Below, one piece after another: positions 60,162-64,000 of a stretch of 64,000 bases of DNA. The number at the start of each line of letters is the position of its first letter. Positions within the stretch are counted from its first letter, which is position 1. Both the position numbers and the translations under genes were made by a program. The stretch comes from an uncultured Spirochaetota bacterium (GTDB lineage Bacteria > Spirochaetota > Spirochaetia > SZUA-6 > Fen-1364), in the NCBI GenBank assembly GCA_963745235.1, contig CAVUXE010000009.1:128001-192000 (forward strand). The letters run 5' to 3'. Under the pieces are notes generated by a model. The model did no database searches. It worked only from the letters and a program-made list of their open reading frames with translations, and was not told the origin of the DNA.

Positions 60162-61895
60162 TCACAGAAAGATACGGAACGTGGTTCCCCCGCCGGGCGC
60201 GGAGCGCACGTCAATGGTGCCTCCATGGCTCTCTATGATGCGGTGCACGATGGAGAGCCCGAGGCCCGTCCCGGATTCCCGGGTGGTGAAGAAGGGGTTG
60301 AACATGTTGCGCTCCGTCTCCTTGTCCATTCCTTCTCCCCAGTCCTGCACCTCCACGCACAGCCTCCCGTCAGTCATTGCCGCCCGGACCTCCACGCACC
60401 CGCCGGCCCGAGATGCCTGGAGCGCGTTGAGGATGAGGTTCGACACCGCCTGGCCGAGAAGGTTACGGTCCAGGGAGAGCTCGGGGAGGCCCTCCGGGAC
60501 GCACCGGCGCACCGAGATGCCCTGGAAGCGCTCCAGGGGGAGGCTGTCGAGACAGAAATCAACGACGCTTGCGATTGAGGTCGGTGTCCTGCTGATCTTG
60601 CGCGGACGCGCGAAGTCGAGGAAGTTGGAGACGACGAGGTTGAGGGAGTCCGCCTCGTCGATCATGAGGCTCGTGAGCTTCTGGTACTTCTCCCGATTTT
60701 CCGTCACCGCGTAGTTGTCCCGCAGCATTTCGGCGGACACCTTCATGACGACCAGGGGGTTGCGTATCTGGTGAGCGACGCCGGCGGCCATTTCCCCGAG
60801 CGCCGCGAGCTTCGAGGACAGGGCAAGCTTCTCCCGCAGCTGGGACAGCTCTGTTTCCCGCACGAGCAGCCTGCGGCACATCTCGTCGAACGCGGAGGCA
60901 AGCTGCCCCAGCTCGTCCCGCCATTCCAGCTGGAACGGGGGATTGAAATCCCCTCCAGAGATTCTCGTGATGCCCTGGAGAATGAGCTGGAACCGGCGGG
61001 AGAACGTGCGTCGAAAGAAGGCGAACCCCGACAGAAGCGCAAGGGACAGGATGAGCACGGTGGACACCAGGGAGATGAGGTTGTAGCGGCCAATGAGGCG
61101 CGCCGACTCACTGGTGTCCAGCAGGCAGAAGATCCTGCCGCCCGGAAGGCCCAGCTTTTCCAGCTCCACTGTCCCCACGATGGCCCCGCCGGCCATCATG
61201 ACCTGGCCGTCTCCTCCGGCGCGGTGTCCATAGGCGGCCAATACGTGCTGCACTCTCTTGTCCGTGAGGGAGTCCCCGTGCAGGAAGACGTCCTGGAACT
61301 GGAAGACAATCCCCGCGCCGCTCGTCTTCTCGATGCGGGACACGAAGTCTGCATCCACCCTGAGGCTCAGGGACAGCACGCCAATGATCGCGTCTGCCCG
61401 CCGCACGGGTGACAACACGAAAAGCAGCGTGTCTGATCCAGTCTGCGAGACATAGAGCCGGCTCTCTCCCTTGAAGGCCTGCGCCAACTCCTCGCGGGAG
61501 AGCTGGTCACTCGGGGCGAACTTCTCCGTTGACGCGAAGGGGTAGCCGGGGTCGGTGAAGACGGAGATCGAATCGATTCCCAGGGATTCCCGGAATACCA
61601 CCAGCTCCCTGGCAAGGAGTGTCTTGAGCCCGAAGTCCGTGTACTCGATGGTCTTCTTCTGCCCGGCGATCAGCTCCCCCTTGACCCGCAGGTCCCGAAA
61701 CGTCTCCCCCAGCAGGCTTTCCACTCCCTGGAGCGTGGAGGTCATGCGGGACTTCAGCGAGTCGAGGTTCGTGCGGGAGATGATGGTGGTGAGGATGGCA
61801 AGGGAGACGAAGAACTGGCACAGGACGAGCGCGGCGAAAAAAAGGATCATCTTTCCGGAGAGCTTCATGTCCCGGACACGCTTGATCAGCTTCAC
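60162..61895 (-). CDS. Membrane sensor histidine kinase with HAMP
   Basis: Two TM segments, RDELGQLA, VAHQIRNPL, DWGEG and GTGLGL. Confidence 0.93.
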   Translation of the reverse strand: MKLIKRVRDMKLSGKMILFFAALVLCQFFVSLAILTTIISRTNLDSLKSRMTSTLQGVESLLGETFRDLRVKGELIAGQKKTIEYTDFGLKTLLARELVVFRESLGIDSISVFTDPGYPFASTEKFAPSDQLSREELAQAFKGESRLYVSQTGSDTLLFVLSPVRRADAIIGVLSLSLRVDADFVSRIEKTSGAGIVFQFQDVFLHGDSLTDKRVQHVLAAYGHRAGGDGQVMMAGGAIVGTVELEKLGLPGGRIFCLLDTSESARLIGRYNLISLVSTVLILSLALLSGFAFFRRTFSRRFQLILQGITRISGGDFNPPFQLEWRDELGQLASAFDEMCRRLLVRETELSQLREKLALSSKLAALGEMAAGVAHQIRNPLVVMKVSAEMLRDNYAVTENREKYQKLTSLMIDEADSLNLVVSNFLDFARPRKISRTPTSIASVVDFCLDSLPLERFQGISVRRCVPEGLPELSLDRNLLGQAVSNLILNALQASRAGGCVEVRAAMTDGRLCVEVQDWGEGMDKETERNMFNPFFTTRESGTGLGLSIVHRIIESHGGTIDVRSAPGGGTTFRIFL

Positions 61896-63136
61896 GGCGC
61901 CGTTCCGGTCACCCTGTCGATCTGCGTCTGCGCTTCCCGCAGGGCCTCAGCCGCCGGGACCTGGCCGCGCAGGGCTTGCGAGATCCAGTGCTGCAGGATT
62001 GCGCTGATCTGCCGGTAGCGCGGATGCACGGGCCTGTACTGGAGGCCGGCAATCTGTCTCTGCTTGATGGACAGGAAGGGGTCCTCTCTCTGCGCTTCCT
62101 CCCGGCCCCAGACTTCTTTCCACACCGGCATGAACTCCAGGTGCCGGGACTGGAAGTCAGGGGAGGCAAGGTACTGGGCGAACTTCCAGGCGGCAGCCTT
62201 GTGAGCGGAGCCGCTGAGCACGGTGAGTCCCTCGAATCCGCAGATGCTGGAGGTGGCCTTCCCGTCACGGGAAACAGACTGGGACACCGGTATGGGGCTC
62301 ACGCGCCAGTCCTTCACTCCCGGCTGGTCATTCTTCATCAAGAGGCGGATCTGGAAGCCCCAGTTCGTGGTGAACATGCAGTCCCCCGCAAGGAAGACTT
62401 CGGAGACGAAGTTTTCCTCCGACTCCAGCGAGTAGGGGCTTGCGAGCCCCTCACCGAGGAGGCCAATCATGAACCCCAGCGCCCGCAGGGCCGGCGGGCT
62501 GTCGCAGTGGATTCTCCCAGCCCCATCCACCAGAGACCCGCCGAAGGCCCCGACGAGCCAGGTGAACTCGCAGGTGAGCACCTCCTGCTGCCGCCAGGAA
62601 TCGAAGAAGGGGTATTTCACCACTCCCGCGGCCTTGGCCCGGCGCGCCAGGCGAACCAGCTCTTCCAGCGTTCGCGGCGGGTCGCGCGCGCCGATGCGTT
62701 TCATGTCGTCCATGTTCGTGTAGAGCATCTGGAAGTCGATGTGGAACGGGACTGCCCACAATCGGTCCCGCCAGGTGAAGGCGGAATAGATCTGGGGCAC
62801 AATGCCGTCCCGCACCTGCTTGTCCACGCCCTGCGGCAGGGGATCGATGATTCCCTTTTCAGCGAAATCCGCCACCCAGATCAGGTCAACCAGGATCACA
62901 TCCAGGTCCGGGACGGTCCGCGCGGCGGATTCCAGGATCAGGTTGTAGCGGTCCTCGTACTCCACGAACACGGGGCTCACCCGGATGCCCGTTGCCTGGT
63001 GGAAGGATTCCGCCCGCTCCACGATGTCCCCCAGGTCGTAGCCGGACTGCTTCATGTAAAGGAACCGTATCTGCTGTCCAGACAGGGGGAACGCGAGAGC
63101 GATGAGGAGGAGGGAGGCGGCCGGGATCTTTCTCAC
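61892..63136 (-). CDS. Extracellular solute-binding protein co-transcribed with the kinase
   Basis: Signal peptide and YMKQSGY, paralogous to the SBP at 57375-58614. GTGA overlap with the kinase gene. Confidence 0.85.
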   Translation of the reverse strand: MRKIPAASLLLIALAFPLSGQQIRFLYMKQSGYDLGDIVERAESFHQATGIRVSPVFVEYEDRYNLILESAARTVPDLDVILVDLIWVADFAEKGIIDPLPQGVDKQVRDGIVPQIYSAFTWRDRLWAVPFHIDFQMLYTNMDDMKRIGARDPPRTLEELVRLARRAKAAGVVKYPFFDSWRQQEVLTCEFTWLVGAFGGSLVDGAGRIHCDSPPALRALGFMIGLLGEGLASPYSLESEENFVSEVFLAGDCMFTTNWGFQIRLLMKNDQPGVKDWRVSPIPVSQSVSRDGKATSSICGFEGLTVLSGSAHKAAAWKFAQYLASPDFQSRHLEFMPVWKEVWGREEAQREDPFLSIKQRQIAGLQYRPVHPRYRQISAILQHWISQALRGQVPAAEALREAQTQIDRVTGTAP

Positions 63137-63145
63137 TGAAAGGAC

Positions 63146-63209
63146 AGTCTACGTCCGCCCGCGCGAGCTGTCAAACATTCTTGACCACCGACGGCAATTT
63201 CCGTAGGCT
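63146..63209. promoter_or_regulatory. Divergent sigma70 promoters
   Basis: Minus strand TTGACA-17-TAGACT (63174-63146) and plus strand TTGACC-17-TAGGCT (63181-63209). Confidence 0.65.
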
Positions 63210-63218
63210 CCCTTGCTT

Positions 63219-63848
63219 GTGGAACCCTTCGATGTCTCTCTGGAAGCTGCCGCTCTTGTCGTGGTGGACATGCAGAACGATTTCGTTCGCGTCGGGGCGC
63301 CGCTGGAGGTTCCCGACACGCGGATCACAATCGCGCCCATCCAGCGGGTGCTGGAACGGTTCCGCCAGGCGGGGAGGCCTGTCGTCTTTACCCGTTTCAT
63401 CGCAACTCCGCGTGAGACGCTGCTGTGGAAGTGGTCTCCGCAGATCTACCCCCCGACCAACTGCTGCCACAGGGGCTTCCGCCGGAGGTATGCGGATATC
63501 CCCTCGGAGCGGGAGTGCATCGCAATCATCGACGAGCTTTCCCCCCGACCGAACGAGTATGTCGTTGACAAGTTCGGCTATGGCGGCTTTTTCCGGACCA
63601 ACCTGGAGGATATCCTGCGCGCGGAGCGGGTGGACACCGCGGCGGTCTGCGGCACGGTGACCCAGATCTGCGTGGAGGAAACGGCTCGAGAGTCTTTCCA
63701 CCTCGGCTTCAAGACCATAGTCCTCTCCGACACCGTGTCCTCTTTCGATCCCGAGCTGCAGCACGCCACGCTGAGGAACTTCGAGATGAAGTTCGGAATG
63801 GTCATGGACTCTTCCCGGTTCCTGGAGCTCACCGCCGCCCGGGATTGA
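63219..63848 (+). CDS. Isochorismatase-family cysteine hydrolase
   Basis: VVVDMQNDF, VDKFGYGGF and TQICVEETAR. Confidence 0.9.
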   Translation: MEPFDVSLEAAALVVVDMQNDFVRVGAPLEVPDTRITIAPIQRVLERFRQAGRPVVFTRFIATPRETLLWKWSPQIYPPTNCCHRGFRRRYADIPSERECIAIIDELSPRPNEYVVDKFGYGGFFRTNLEDILRAERVDTAAVCGTVTQICVEETARESFHLGFKTIVLSDTVSSFDPELQHATLRNFEMKFGMVMDSSRFLELTAARD

Positions 63849-63913
63849 CCGGCTTCAGAGCTTGCGGATCTCATGCGGGCATGAGGTCGGCGGCCGTCAC
63901 CTGCGGGTCGTGC

Positions 63914-64000
63914 TTATCGCACCCGCCCGATCAACCGAAGAAGGCCGTCCAGCAGCGTCAGCGGGTGCGGCGGACATCCCGGGACGAACAGGTCTACGGG
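63914..64000 (-). CDS. C-terminus of a NuoB / [NiFe]-hydrogenase small-subunit family protein (partial)
   Basis: Manual translation PVDLFVPGCPPHPLTLLDGLLRLIGRVR-stop. Confidence 0.8.
   Translation of the reverse strand, partial: PVDLFVPGCPPHPLTLLDGLLRLIGRVR

Noticed and set aside
1-64000. CRISPR array, tRNA, rRNA, prophage or IS element
   Set aside because: No spaced direct repeats, RNA-gene signatures or mobility genes were seen by eye. A covariance-model scan was not run.

Overview
GC-rich bacterial chromosomal window, most consistent with a free-living Spirochaetia-type genome (inferred from gene content and many lipoproteins, not proven). There are about 60 genes: five ABC uptake systems, two sigma54 two-component modules, a PII protein, an MCP, GH12 and GH43 hydrolases, purine salvage, a pyrimidine operon with a PyrF-PyrE fusion, fhs, dus and a lower-GC type II restriction-modification pair. 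No rRNA, tRNA, CRISPR array, transposase or integrase was seen. About a dozen single-base frameshifts in otherwise intact genes look like long-read consensus errors. The first highlight is a MarR-controlled operon (13440-17373). It encodes an ArsM-like methyltransferase, an unannotated 31-aa Cys-rich peptide, a radical SAM/SPASM enzyme and a thioredoxin-thioredoxin reductase fusion, which suggests a metalloid-linked RiPP system. The second highlight is a soluble histidine kinase whose input domain is a sugar-ABC ATPase domain (22642-24459), next to a sigma54 activator and a sigma54-driven sugar ABC operon. Two more small genes missing from the ORF track were found: a stand-alone MshEN-like protein and a zinc-ribbon protein. 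All calls come from reading motifs by eye; no database search was run.
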